From NCBI GenBank assembly GCA_023254095.1, contig JALNLM010000002.1, positions 134,594 to 198,593 of the forward strand: a stretch of DNA of 64,000 bases. Reading direction: 5' to 3'. The notes beneath the pieces are model-generated. The model did no database searches. It was not told the DNA's origin and worked only from the letters and a program-made list of their open reading frames with translations. Position 1 is the first letter of the stretch. Each line of letters starts with the position of its first letter. A program made the position numbers and the translations under genes. Positions 39,803-49,865 of the stretch are shown piece by piece. Origin of the DNA: Candidatus Geocrenenecus huangii. Its GTDB lineage: Archaea; Thermoproteota; Nitrososphaeria_A; Caldarchaeales; Wolframiiraptoraceae.

Positions 39803-40624
39803 TTAATATTCAGTATCATCTCTAAGATTTGATATCTCATCAACTACTTCTTGTCTGGATGCCGCAATAACTCCGAACTCTCTTCCGGCTGAAAGCTCTA
39901 TCTCAGAAACCACCCCATTTACAGTAAGTATCTTAGACGTTCCTCCCGCTAATTCTAAGATGAAGACTGGGGCCAAGAAGTCGAAAGGTCTCAGATATGG
40001 TCCTAGACAGACATATCCATCGACTCTGCCTGCAAGAATATAGCATATTTCTAAAGCTGTCGAGGCGAGAAAAGAAGAGTGGTTACAATTACCAATAATC
40101 TTTTCAGCCCACCGCCTGTACCTTTCATCCCTTATAGAAGACGTGTTGAGAAACAGTAAGGAGTCTTTTAACGATTTTACATTTGAAAGCTTCGGTTTTC
40201 CCCCGGGTACTATTATCTCTCCGTTTCTCTCGCCCAAATATACTTCTCCACTTACATGATCTATGACTCCTCCAGCGATGATATCTTTAGAAGAATTACT
40301 CTTAGAGATAACTATCGTTGTCGAATAGATAGGTATTCCTCTAGAAGCATTCCTGCTACCGTCGACTGGGTCTATCAAGACGTAGTAGTCTGGGTTACCT
40401 GAACCTGTTACTCCTAATTCCTCAGAGATTATTGCTACATCCTCCAATTTATCTGTGATTACGTTTATTATCGTTCTTTCTGCAAGTAAATCAAACGCGT
40501 ATGATCTATCTCCGTATGCACCTACTGTCTTCTGCTTGAGCCCACATCCAGACTTTATAGACTCCTGTACGACGTCTCTTGTCGCAACAAGTGCATCCTC
40601 TATCAACTTCAATAAGTCTACCAA
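39803..40624 (-). CDS. Inositol monophosphatase/FBPase family
   Basis: ISEELG, IDPVDGSRN, RPFD. Confidence 0.88.
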   Translation of the reverse strand: MVDLLKLIEDALVATRDVVQESIKSGCGLKQKTVGAYGDRSYAFDLLAERTIINVITDKLEDVAIISEELGVTGSGNPDYYVLIDPVDGSRNASRGIPIYSTTIVISKSNSSKDIIAGGVIDHVSGEVYLGERNGEIIVPGGKPKLSNVKSLKDSLLFLNTSSIRDERYRRWAEKIIGNCNHSSFLASTALEICYILAGRVDGYVCLGPYLRPFDFLAPVFILELAGGTSKILTVNGVVSEIELSAGREFGVIAASRQEVVDEISNLRDDTEY

Positions 40625-40625
40625 T

Positions 40626-41633
40626 TTATACCATTTTGACTAGATGTAATGGTCTTATTTTAACTACATCTCGGTTATATAGATTTTCAGGTTCCTCACC
40701 TTTCAAGACTTTGATTATTCCCTCTGCTGCATACTGCGCCATCATATTCCTCGTATCGTATGATGCGCTACCTATGTGCGGTGTTAGGACAACGTTCGGC
40801 AAATCTACTAATGGACTATCTGGAGGGAGAGGCTCCATCTCAAAGACGTCTAGTCCTGCTCCAGCGATCCATCCCTCTCTAAGTGCTTTGACTAAGGCTT
40901 TTTCATCAATAACGGGGCCACGTGAAGTATTGACAACAATAGCCGTAGGCTTCATCATTCGGAGTTCTTTCTCTCCGATTAAATGCCTGGTTTCAGGCGT
41001 TAATGGAACGTGTATGGAGATGAAGTCTGAGATCTTTAATAGATTTTGCAGCTCCAGATATTGTACTCCCAGTTCATCTTCTATGTCTTTTCTTCGGTTA
41101 ACATCATAGTAGTAGACTTTCATGTTGAAGCCTTTAGCTCTTCTAGCCACAGCCACTCCTATCCTTCCTAGACCTATTATTCCGAGAGTCTTTCCATGAA
41201 CGTCGTATCCAAGCATCATCGTAGGAGCCCAGGCCAGCTTCCACTTACCCTCCCTAATCATTCTATCTCCCTCAACGACCCTTCTAGCTGTAGCCAACAT
41301 TAGTGCGAATGCAAGATCTGCAGTGGTCTCTGTTAGAACGCCCGGCGTGTATACCACGTATACTCCCCTGCTTGTAGCATACTCTACCTCTATGTGGTCT
41401 ACCCCGACGCTCATAGTCCCTACTACTTTCAGTCTAGGCGATGCATCAACTACTTCTCTATCTATCTTCTCATTGAGCGTACAGTAGATTGCATCAACAT
41501 TCAATACATTCTTAAGTAACTCTTCTCTGCTTGGCGGTGCCATCTCATCTCTGTATATAACTTCACAATACTGTCTAAGTAATGTTAAAGCAACCTCTGG
41601 AATTGTCCTAGTTACGTAAACCACAGGCTTCAT
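40626..41633 (-). CDS. gyaR: Glyoxylate reductase (D-2-hydroxyacid dehydrogenase family)
   Basis: TPGVLTETTAD, GLGRIG, NTSRGP, LDVFEMEP, PHIGSA. Confidence 0.88.
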   Translation of the reverse strand: MKPVVYVTRTIPEVALTLLRQYCEVIYRDEMAPPSREELLKNVLNVDAIYCTLNEKIDREVVDASPRLKVVGTMSVGVDHIEVEYATSRGVYVVYTPGVLTETTADLAFALMLATARRVVEGDRMIREGKWKLAWAPTMMLGYDVHGKTLGIIGLGRIGVAVARRAKGFNMKVYYYDVNRRKDIEDELGVQYLELQNLLKISDFISIHVPLTPETRHLIGEKELRMMKPTAIVVNTSRGPVIDEKALVKALREGWIAGAGLDVFEMEPLPPDSPLVDLPNVVLTPHIGSASYDTRNMMAQYAAEGIIKVLKGEEPENLYNRDVVKIRPLHLVKMV

Positions 41634-41635
41634 AT

Positions 41636-41965
41636 CTATTTTCTACCTCTCTCTACGCCTAAAGACTTCCTAGCTCTAATATATAGCTGTGGCCACCTAG
41701 CCGCGATCTCCTTCTCAACGATCTTTGCAAGCAGGTCGCTAATGCTAAATCTTGGGATGACGTTCTTCCAATAATTCAAGACGGCGCTTGCTATAGGAGA
41801 ATAAAAAGCCAGTCTAGGCTGTCTTCTCGCGCTCTCTACAGCAAGTCTCCAAAACTTCTCATCAACTCTTCTCGCAACTCCTGACGCCTCTTTCTTCGCC
41901 GACCTTTTTCTGCCGCTCAAGTTATTACCCTTCTTAACTTTGTTCATTGGTATAAGGTAAATCAT
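41636..41965 (-). CDS. segB: SegB-like DNA-binding protein (archaeal chromosome segregation family)
   Basis: 109 aa; basic N-terminus; the C-terminal ~50 aa align without gaps to the Sulfolobus SegB core as I recall it. Confidence 0.65.
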   Translation of the reverse strand: MIYLIPMNKVKKGNNLSGRKRSAKKEASGVARRVDEKFWRLAVESARRQPRLAFYSPIASAVLNYWKNVIPRFSISDLLAKIVEKEIAARWPQLYIRARKSLGVERGRK

Positions 41966-42018
41966 CTAAGATTAAACTTTTACCCTACCAATTCACTCCC
42001 AACCGTCAATTCAGTTGA

Positions 42019-42208
42019 ACTCGGATTAGATTCACCCGTGCTAATCCCGTGGGAAAAGGATTAGCTCTTATAAAGTCCACTAGGATCGAATCTCTTTTAT
42101 AAGGAGGACCGGTCTATCTACATTCTTTAAGATTTTCCACGTGTAATCTCAAACGAATCGGTTGGTTTTTCGTACACTCGGATTATTAATCCAGTTTGTT
42201 AGGGATTA
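42019..42208. repeat. Cluster of six GGATTA/TAATCC motifs as inverted and direct repeats
   Basis: GGATTA at 42023, 42058, 42180, 42203; TAATCC at 42042, 42187; ACTCGGATTA at 42019 and 42176. Confidence 0.7.
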
Positions 42209-42360
42209 TTTGATGAATATGCAAGTAATATCTCGTATGATCTAAAGTTTACCTTATAAGATATACCGTAAACCTTTGAAACTATATACAATATGGATGA
42301 AGAGTCCTTGTTGTTTGAGAATGTATTTATTGAGGCGTAAAAATAGAGTGATGGTGGCTT

Positions 42361-43455
42361 ATGGTTTCCCCGGGAGATATTTTAGAAGCATTAAAGAGTG
42401 TGGTAGACCCTGAGCTTGGGAAAGATATTGTGAGTCTTGGAATGGTTAAGGATTTGAAGATTGACGAGAATGGAGTTGTTTCGTTTGTTCTCGAGCTTAC
42501 GACTCCTGCATGCCCTCTTCGACCTATTATGGAGATGAAGGCTAGGGAAGCTGTCGAAAAAGTCAGTGGTGTTAAAGAGGTTAGGATAAAAATTACTTCA
42601 AGAGTTCTACCTCATCCTGGGCAGAGAAGTATTCCTGGCGTAAAGAACATAATTGCTATTGCTAGTGGTAAAGGAGGCGTAGGAAAATCGACGGTAGCCG
42701 TTAATCTAGCTTTAGCATTAGCATCGAGAAAAGCTAGCGTGGGGTTGCTAGACGCAGATATCTATGGACCGACTATACCTAAGATGCTTGATATAATCCG
42801 GCCACCTTTCTATGTAGGTGGAGATAGAGTTGAACCTGCTCTATCATACATGGGTCTTAAGGTTATGTCAATAGGGTTACTGGCACCAGAGGACGCGCCT
42901 ATAATCTGGAGAGGACCACTTGTAGGGAAAGCAATAGAGGAAATGTTGAATCAGGTTGATTGGACTGACATCGATTACTTAATTGTCGACCTTCCACCCG
43001 GTACAGGAGACGCTTCACTTAGTCTTGCCCAAGCGATACCTTTATCGGGGGTAGTTATTGTTACCACGCCTCAAGACGCAGCATTAAGAATTGCTTTGAA
43101 GGCTTTAAGAATGTTCCAAAAGCTTAACGTCGAGATAATAGGTGTAATAGAGAACATGAGTTACTTCCTCTGCCCCAACTGTGGTTCTAGGATAGAGATC
43201 TTCGGGTCGGGGAATGTTGATAAAGCTTGTAAAGAACTCAACATTCCTTATCTCGGCGAGATACCTCTAGCGCCAGAGATTAGAGAGAGCGGAGACCTTG
43301 GCAGACCGATAGTAATTAGAGAACCTGATTCCCCTGCTACAAAAGCATTCCTAGAAATCTCTGAGAAGATTGCGGCCAGGGTAAGTGTCTTGGTGAGAAG
43401 TAAGATAGGGGGGTCCCAACTTCCTGGAAGAGACGTAGAATCCGAATCTAGATGA
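42361..43455 (+). CDS. mrp: Mrp/NBP35 (ApbC) Fe-S carrier ATPase with N-terminal DUF59 domain
   Basis: VVDPELGKDIV, TTPACP, SGKGGVGKST, DADIYGP, DLPPGTGD, ENMSYFLCPNC. Confidence 0.93.
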   Translation: MVSPGDILEALKSVVDPELGKDIVSLGMVKDLKIDENGVVSFVLELTTPACPLRPIMEMKAREAVEKVSGVKEVRIKITSRVLPHPGQRSIPGVKNIIAIASGKGGVGKSTVAVNLALALASRKASVGLLDADIYGPTIPKMLDIIRPPFYVGGDRVEPALSYMGLKVMSIGLLAPEDAPIIWRGPLVGKAIEEMLNQVDWTDIDYLIVDLPPGTGDASLSLAQAIPLSGVVIVTTPQDAALRIALKALRMFQKLNVEIIGVIENMSYFLCPNCGSRIEIFGSGNVDKACKELNIPYLGEIPLAPEIRESGDLGRPIVIREPDSPATKAFLEISEKIAARVSVLVRSKIGGSQLPGRDVESESR

Positions 43456-44110
43456 CAGGCTCCAACCCCGGGATTTTTATCTTGTCATAGAGCATATCTA
43501 ACGCCTTTAACATAGAGTATATCCAGATAAAGTATATTATGGTTATGAAGGCGAAGGTTTCAAGAGGTCTGAAGGTTTGAGAAGTTATAGATATCCCCGT
43601 ATTGAGGAATTCTCTAACACCTATAACTATCAAGGCGGTGGTACTCTTACCCATTGATGCTAGCTCGTTAGACCATGCCGGAATAACTATTCTTAAAGCT
43701 TGTGGAACGACAACATATAAGAAGATCTTCCACATGGGTAATCCAAGCGATATAGCCGCCATTAATTGATCTTTGAAGACTGCCTCCATCGCTCCTTTCA
43801 AGTATCCTTTCTGGTATGCCCCGCTATTCAGGGATAAAGTCAATATTGCGGTCATCATTACATCCATGCTGAGGCCGGTCAACATCGGGATGGTGAAATA
43901 GAATAAGAAAAGTTGAACAATTAGAGGTGAACCTCTGAAGAATTCAACATATAGATTTACGATAGTTCTGATTATTCTTCCACCATATATGTCTCCTAAT
44001 GCTGCTAGGATACCTAAGATTAATCCTATGCCTACGCCTAGGAGGGTTACCTCTACGGTTATCAGGAAACCGCTTATCAAGAATGTGGAAAAGTCAAGTA
44101 GGAATAACAT
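43448..44110 (-). CDS. Polar amino acid ABC transporter permease
   Basis: YVEFFRGSPLIVQL, PQALR. Confidence 0.92.
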   Translation of the reverse strand: MLFLLDFSTFLISGFLITVEVTLLGVGIGLILGILAALGDIYGGRIIRTIVNLYVEFFRGSPLIVQLFLFYFTIPMLTGLSMDVMMTAILTLSLNSGAYQKGYLKGAMEAVFKDQLMAAISLGLPMWKIFLYVVVPQALRIVIPAWSNELASMGKSTTALIVIGVREFLNTGISITSQTFRPLETFAFITIIYFIWIYSMLKALDMLYDKIKIPGLEPVI

Positions 44111-44120
44111 GGACGAGCCC

Positions 44121-44855
44121 TCATCCCAGTATCTTGGCCATAAATTTCTTCGCTCTCTCGGTATTAGGAGACGTAAAGAAGTGTTCAGGAGAGCCTATCT
44201 CTATTATCTGACCCTGGTCCATAAAGATCATTTCATCTGCAACTTCCTTTGCAAAACGGAGCTCGTGAGTTGCCACTAGCATTGTTGTACCTCTATCCGC
44301 TAGATCTTTCATTACTGCTATGACCTCCCACTTCAATTCTACGTCTAAAGCTGCTGTCGGCTCGTCAAAGAGAACTACTTCCGGATCCATGGCGATAGCT
44401 CTCGCGATCCCGACCCTCTGCTGCTGACCCCCAGAAAGCTGGGCAGGATAATAATTAGCCCAATCCTCCATCTTAACGAGCCTTAAGGCTTCGTATGCTT
44501 TTCTCCATGCTTCAGATTCTGATAAGCCGATTACGTGTTTTAGACCTAGCATTATGTTTCCGAGAGCTGTTAGATGTCTGAAGAGTGAGGGGTCTTGGAA
44601 AACGAACCCTATTCTAGCTCTAAGCTTATTCAGGTCTTGTCTAGTAGCGTATACATCCAGTCCGTTAAAGTATATTGACCCACTAGATGGTTTCTCAAGC
44701 AAGCCTAGACATCTTAACAGAGTTGACTTTCCTGAACCACTGGGGCCGAAGATTACCTTTGTCTCTCCCTTCCCTATTCCTATAGAGACATTGTTCACTG
44801 CTACGACTTTTCCATAAATCTTTGTTAAGTTTCGGCATTCCAATATCTTGTTCAT
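44121..44855 (-). CDS. Polar amino acid ABC transporter ATPase
   Basis: GPSGSGKST, LSGGQQQRV, FDEPT, THE. Confidence 0.95.
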   Translation of the reverse strand: MNKILECRNLTKIYGKVVAVNNVSIGIGKGETKVIFGPSGSGKSTLLRCLGLLEKPSSGSIYFNGLDVYATRQDLNKLRARIGFVFQDPSLFRHLTALGNIMLGLKHVIGLSESEAWRKAYEALRLVKMEDWANYYPAQLSGGQQQRVGIARAIAMDPEVVLFDEPTAALDVELKWEVIAVMKDLADRGTTMLVATHELRFAKEVADEMIFMDQGQIIEIGSPEHFFTSPNTERAKKFMAKILG

Positions 44856-45502
44856 AGTCCCAACTCCTTCTTCTTCCTACTACCCCATTTATCTAGAAAT
44901 GTTGCAACGGGGAATGTCATCACTACATATATTATCGCTGAAGACACGTATGGGAGAATTAGTGATCGTTGAGAAGCTCTAAGAATATCCGTATGTTTCA
45001 TCAACTCAATAACTCCAATAATGAATGAATATGCTGAATCTTTTATTAATAATGCGATCTCGCTACCCAACCCCGGAACTGCTAGAAACAAAGCCTGCGG
45101 TAGAATAACATACCTCAATGCTTTAAATCGTGTTAAGCCGATCGATATGGCTGCGAGCATCTGGGTTCGACCCACGCTTCCAATAGCGCTTCTGAAAATC
45201 TGCGATTGATTTGCTCCACTAACTATTCCAAGCGAGAATACGGAAGTAAAGAACGGATCTTTAAAGATTGGGATAAATGGGCCGACACCAAAATATAGTA
45301 AGAGCATTACGGCGAGGACGGGAACAGACCTAAAGAATTTCTCATAGCTATCTGAGAGATATCTTAGGGGGGCTGACTCAAATATCCTCATGAATGCTAA
45401 CAGTATCCCTAACCCTAGTCCAAACAAGAAAGACAGAAGAGATATCGCTAGGGTAACGGGGACGGCTTTCAGCAAGAATATTATCTGTTCGATCGGGGTC
45501 AT
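44852..45502 (-). CDS. Polar amino acid ABC transporter permease
   Basis: FFRSVP, QIFRSAI, ILPQA, LIKDSA. Confidence 0.92.
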   Translation of the reverse strand: MTPIEQIIFLLKAVPVTLAISLLSFLFGLGLGILLAFMRIFESAPLRYLSDSYEKFFRSVPVLAVMLLLYFGVGPFIPIFKDPFFTSVFSLGIVSGANQSQIFRSAIGSVGRTQMLAAISIGLTRFKALRYVILPQALFLAVPGLGSEIALLIKDSAYSFIIGVIELMKHTDILRASQRSLILPYVSSAIIYVVMTFPVATFLDKWGSRKKKELGL

Positions 45503-45518
45503 AATCGTCTACTATCGG

Positions 45519-46481
45519 CTAAGTAGCCTGCGGAGTCGTCCACTTCTTGTATAGTTCAGCAACCCTACCTTCAACTATGAGCTCGGACAGTACTCCATTT
45601 ATTTTTGAAACAAGTTCATCAGAGTCTCTATGGGCTATGAATGCAACCGGCCAGTAAGGCTTAGTGAAGACTACTACTAATGGTGTCTCCTCAGTCATTA
45701 TCCACCATGTAGTTATAGGCGTTTCTGCATAGAGAGCATCGATCCTACCTAGCTTCAAGTCTTCCAACGCTACACCGAAATCGTCATAAGACCTTGCAGA
45801 CTCGGTAGGAATTACTCCTCTTTTTACGAGATCCATCAATTCTGCTTCTTGAGTTGTTCCAGACCCGGTGCCTACTACGAGCTTATAATCTTTAACTTGT
45901 TCTAGCTTATCCAGTCGAGTTATCCCAAGCTTCTCAGCTTTATCCTTCAACATTATCAACTGTGATTCTGTCACCGTGTGGTATAACGTATATTGGACGA
46001 CTTCAAGTCTTTCAGGCGTGACAGAGAAACCGCTAACCCCTAGGTCTATGTCTTTATGTTCAACCGCGACTATGATGGTTGCGAAATCCATAGTCTTCCA
46101 CTCAACCTTTAACCCCAGCCTTTCAGCTATCAACTCCATCAGTTCAACCTCAAAGCCTGTAAGCTGACCTGTCTGAGGATCAAGAAACTCGAATGGAGGC
46201 CAATCCGGGGAAGTCCCAACGATTATGGTCCCCCTCTTCTGAATATTCTCCCAGACTACGTCTTTAACCGCTTCAGTCACTGTTTTCTCGATGGTGACTG
46301 TCTGAGCCACAGTTCCAGTTATTGTTCTCTCGACAGTAACTGTCTGGGCCGCGGTAGGTTGAGATAGTAGGAGAGGCTCAACAACGGCTACAGCTACAAG
46401 AATGATTATTATTACTATGAGGATAGTGGTTGTTTTAGAAATCCCCTTTACATGTTTTTGACTACATACTCCTCCATGCAT
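45519..46481 (-). CDS. Amino acid ABC transporter substrate-binding protein (family 3)
   Basis: N-terminal TM helix, Thr/Val linker repeats, VGTSPDWPPFEF, TPER. Confidence 0.92.
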   Translation of the reverse strand: MHGGVCSQKHVKGISKTTTILIVIIIILVAVAVVEPLLLSQPTAAQTVTVERTITGTVAQTVTIEKTVTEAVKDVVWENIQKRGTIIVGTSPDWPPFEFLDPQTGQLTGFEVELMELIAERLGLKVEWKTMDFATIIVAVEHKDIDLGVSGFSVTPERLEVVQYTLYHTVTESQLIMLKDKAEKLGITRLDKLEQVKDYKLVVGTGSGTTQEAELMDLVKRGVIPTESARSYDDFGVALEDLKLGRIDALYAETPITTWWIMTEETPLVVVFTKPYWPVAFIAHRDSDELVSKINGVLSELIVEGRVAELYKKWTTPQAT

Positions 46482-46534
46482 GCAATATTATTGTTTACGA
46501 AGATTATTAAAAGTTTTCTAGAATCTATTTCTTT

Positions 46535-48724
46535 TTATTCTTCTTCTACGAAATCTGATATCTTCGGTATGTTTAGCGGCAATCCTTTTCTCTTTCTTAT
46601 TTCTTCTATGACCTTATCTCTTATCGAAGAGGGTACAGGCTTCCATGCATAGAATTCCGTGGCCCAAAATGCTTTACCCATTGTTGCTCCACGCATAACC
46701 TCGCTTAAGTCAAATGTTTCCGCAGCAGGTAGCTCTCCAGATACAACTGTTATGTATTCTTGTTGAGTTACTTGTAAGATTTTGCCTCTCTTAGATGTTA
46801 TAACGCTTGTAACAGCGCCCATCAGGTCTGGAGGAACCTTTGCTTCAATCTTCAGGACCGGTTCAAGCAGGATCGGGTTAGCACTTAATATGCTTGCATA
46901 CATGCTTCTCCAAGTAGCTGGAGCGATCTGAGCGTATCCTCTGTGAACAGGGTCTTCATGTAATTCAACATTTACTAATATCGTTTTTATTCCGCGCATA
47001 TTCTCTCCGGCTAGTGGCCCCTCTTGGACAACTCTCTGGAATCCGCCGATGATCATCATCTTACTTTCCTGAAGGTACTGTGCACCCTTGGTCATGTCTA
47101 CGAGGATATTTCCTCTGGGGTCAATAGTCCATACACCTCTAGCCATGTCAGCATCCCACCCATGATCCCTAAGTATCTTTGCTATCTGCTTTCTATCCAT
47201 TTCATCAAATAATTCTCCTCTTCTGATAAGCTCGACGATTTCTTCTTCCAATGGTTCAACTTGGATATAGATCTTGTTATGCCTATTGGGGGATTTGCCT
47301 TCAAAGACTCTGCCCTTCTGGGTGACAGTCTCTCTATAAAGGATTATTGGCTTGCTAGCTACTACTTCAAGTCCTGCTTTGGCTATCCATGTCAAGGCAA
47401 TCTCCAGATGAAGTGTACCCATCCCGCTGATGAGATATTCGCCTGTTTCTGGTCGCACGGTAGTCACCAGTGTAGGGTCTTCGATGCTGAGCTTATTCAA
47501 GAAGTCTACCAGCTTGGGTAGGTCCCTACTGTATTTAGGTTCAACAGATATTGTAACTACTGGTTCAGATACGTATTTCAAGGATTCGAAAGGTATTGTT
47601 TCAACAGTTGCTAGGGTATCTCCAGCTCTTGCTTCTTCTATTCCGAGAAGTGCCGGGATATTTCCTGCCGGTAAAGTTCCGACGATCTCCCTATTTGGAC
47701 CCATGTATACTGTGACTTGCTGAATCCTCTTCTTAATGTTTCTTCCAACTATTAGTATGTAATCTCCTTCACTTACTTTTCCGCTGAAGAGTCTGCCGGT
47801 GGCAACTACACCTGCTTGCGGGTCAACTTTTACATCCGTGACAACCATTACCACAGGCCCCTTCTCATCGCAGTTCACCATTGCTTGTCCTACCTCATCT
47901 TCGACGCTTCCCTTCCATATTTTCGGTATCCTGTACTTTTGTGCAACATGAGGTGGGGGATGATGAGTTATAACCATTTCAAGGATAGCTTCGTGAAGAG
48001 GGGTGTTCTCTCTAAGCCATTCTACATCGTTGTTGGCGAAAGCTTTCAAGACGTCTGAGAACTTTATCCCCCTCTTCTGAGCTTGCTGAAGTGTGAAACC
48101 CCATCTGTCTTTTGCGCTGCCTATAGCTACATTTCCAGCTTGGAAACTAACCTTCCATTTTTCTCTATACTCCGGCTCAGCGTACATTTCTATCAGTCTA
48201 TTGACTTCTAGAACTATCCTTCCAAGGGTTTCTTGTATTTTCTCGGGAGTGAGCCTAAGCTCCTTGATTAATCTGTCGATCTTGTTGATATAGAGAACTG
48301 GTTTTACTCTTTCCTGTACAGCCTGCCTAATAACTGTCTCGGTCTGCGTCATCACCCCCTCTACGGCATCTACTACCACCACTGCCCCATCTATCGCTCT
48401 CAAAGCCCTTGTAACCCTACCACTAAAGTCTACGTGACCGGGAGTATCTATCAAGTTTATCACGTATGGCTTACCGTCCATCTCATAATAGAGAGAAATG
48501 TTGGCAGCTTTGATGGTCATCTGCCTTTGTTGTTCTTCTTCAAGATAGTCTAGTGCCAACGCTTTACCTGCCAATGTGGGAGATAGTAGACCTGCAGCGG
48601 CGAGTAAACTATCGGTTGTAGTCGTCTTGCCATGGTCAACGTGGGCAATTATACCTATGTTTCGGATCTGGTCTTTCTGATGAAGTATATCTAGGACTTC
48701 CGAGATCTTCTTAACTCTAGGCAT
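46535..48724 (-). CDS. fusA: Elongation factor EF-2
   Basis: AHVDHGKTT, DTPGHVDF, NKID, diphthamide loop HEDPVHRG. Confidence 0.97.
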   Translation of the reverse strand: MPRVKKISEVLDILHQKDQIRNIGIIAHVDHGKTTTTDSLLAAAGLLSPTLAGKALALDYLEEEQQRQMTIKAANISLYYEMDGKPYVINLIDTPGHVDFSGRVTRALRAIDGAVVVVDAVEGVMTQTETVIRQAVQERVKPVLYINKIDRLIKELRLTPEKIQETLGRIVLEVNRLIEMYAEPEYREKWKVSFQAGNVAIGSAKDRWGFTLQQAQKRGIKFSDVLKAFANNDVEWLRENTPLHEAILEMVITHHPPPHVAQKYRIPKIWKGSVEDEVGQAMVNCDEKGPVVMVVTDVKVDPQAGVVATGRLFSGKVSEGDYILIVGRNIKKRIQQVTVYMGPNREIVGTLPAGNIPALLGIEEARAGDTLATVETIPFESLKYVSEPVVTISVEPKYSRDLPKLVDFLNKLSIEDPTLVTTVRPETGEYLISGMGTLHLEIALTWIAKAGLEVVASKPIILYRETVTQKGRVFEGKSPNRHNKIYIQVEPLEEEIVELIRRGELFDEMDRKQIAKILRDHGWDADMARGVWTIDPRGNILVDMTKGAQYLQESKMMIIGGFQRVVQEGPLAGENMRGIKTILVNVELHEDPVHRGYAQIAPATWRSMYASILSANPILLEPVLKIEAKVPPDLMGAVTSVITSKRGKILQVTQQEYITVVSGELPAAETFDLSEVMRGATMGKAFWATEFYAWKPVPSSIRDKVIEEIRKRKGLPLNIPKISDFVEEE

Positions 48725-48895
48725 CTCCTCTCTTCTCCTTCAATACCAGCTTCTCCGATCTATTTAACGCTACTGATCGTAGATATCCCATACTACTATG
48801 CCCGACTTGTAAAGAGATTAAATTCTTCTATATACTTTATCCTGAACCTTTAATTCTAATCTTTGCGTAGTCGCTCTAATAGGGACTCGATAATG

Positions 48896-49252
48896 TTAAG
48901 CTTCTAGGTCTGGACTACGTGTTAGAGGTATGTAGTCGGTTCTAGGTGGTACGAATATGTCTATGACGACGACGTCTTGAATTGCTCGAAACCCATGTTC
49001 CTCATTTGACGGAATAAGGTATGAATCTCCTTCTGAAACCATTATCCTTCCATATTTCGTTGTAAAGAATCCTCTACCTGAAACAACTATGCCATACTGA
49101 GATTGGGGGTGGCTATGTATGGGTACTTCTCCTCCAGCCTTAATGCTAAACATCATTAAGAGACAGTTTTCATCATTCGATAAAGGTATCGCAGAGACCT
49201 TATCCCTAACATTAACCCAGTTTACCCTCTCCCTCCTCCAAATTTTAACCAT
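48896..49252 (-). CDS. Cupin domain protein
   Basis: PIHSHP, IPSNEEHG, DIFVPPR. Confidence 0.88.
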   Translation of the reverse strand: MVKIWRRERVNWVNVRDKVSAIPLSNDENCLLMMFSIKAGGEVPIHSHPQSQYGIVVSGRGFFTTKYGRIMVSEGDSYLIPSNEEHGFRAIQDVVVIDIFVPPRTDYIPLTRSPDLEA

Positions 49253-49352
49253 GTTGTTTTTAGGAGATTCTCGGATTAATTAGTATTTCTCCATTTTCAG
49301 CGTGGTCTCCAAGAAATATATGTAACCTGGTCGGTTGAATATATAGAGTAGC

Positions 49353-49865
49353 TTGAACAGATACGATCTCGATATTAAGCTTGCATGTAGATTCTATCAA
49401 TATCCTGGAAGTTGGGAGAAAATATTATCGATTCTATCTTCAAACGGATGGGTTAGAGCTGATAGGGGAGCAGTGAAAGATGGGTTGGAGGTTAACTTTA
49501 CCGCTGAATCCTTGGATGGATTAGAGATTCTGCTATCCCTAAAGAGTAAAGAAGGACTTCCCAGCCCAAAAGTGTTTAGGACTCTTCTAGAATGTTTGTT
49601 GACTGAATGCTGGTACGTTGATGTCTATTTCTGTCTCAGAAATATCGATGTCGGGAAAGTCTCCAAGGAGCTTGGTTTAAGCATTAAGTCCAATGAAGTA
49701 AGAAGACTGAAACTTGAAGGCTCTGAAATAATCTTTGAAGCTTACCCACCAATGAATAAGGCGGTTTTCAGCTATAGAGTCGGCGTAGGAGATATTGGTC
49801 GCATTGAAAAGATGCATATCAAACTTTTTGGGAAGATCTCTAATAGCAAGGTGAAGGGTGGATGA
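49353..49865 (+). CDS. Hypothetical protein translationally coupled to crenactin
   Basis: 170-aa ORF with ATGA overlap onto the crenactin start; TTG start; no family recognised. Confidence 0.65.
   Translation: MNRYDLDIKLACRFYQYPGSWEKILSILSSNGWVRADRGAVKDGLEVNFTAESLDGLEILLSLKSKEGLPSPKVFRTLLECLLTECWYVDVYFCLRNIDVGKVSKELGLSIKSNEVRRLKLEGSEIIFEAYPPMNKAVFSYRVGVGDIGRIEKMHIKLFGKISNSKVKGG

Noticed and set aside
40579-41109. 176-aa + strand ORF and the many other antisense ORFs in the track
   Set aside because: They lie opposite well-supported genes and have Ser/Ile/Leu-rich antisense composition.
46535-48724. EF-2 as a possible diphthamide-less paralog
   Set aside because: The canonical HRG motif (HEDPVHRG) is intact; a stand-alone location is normal in TACK archaea.
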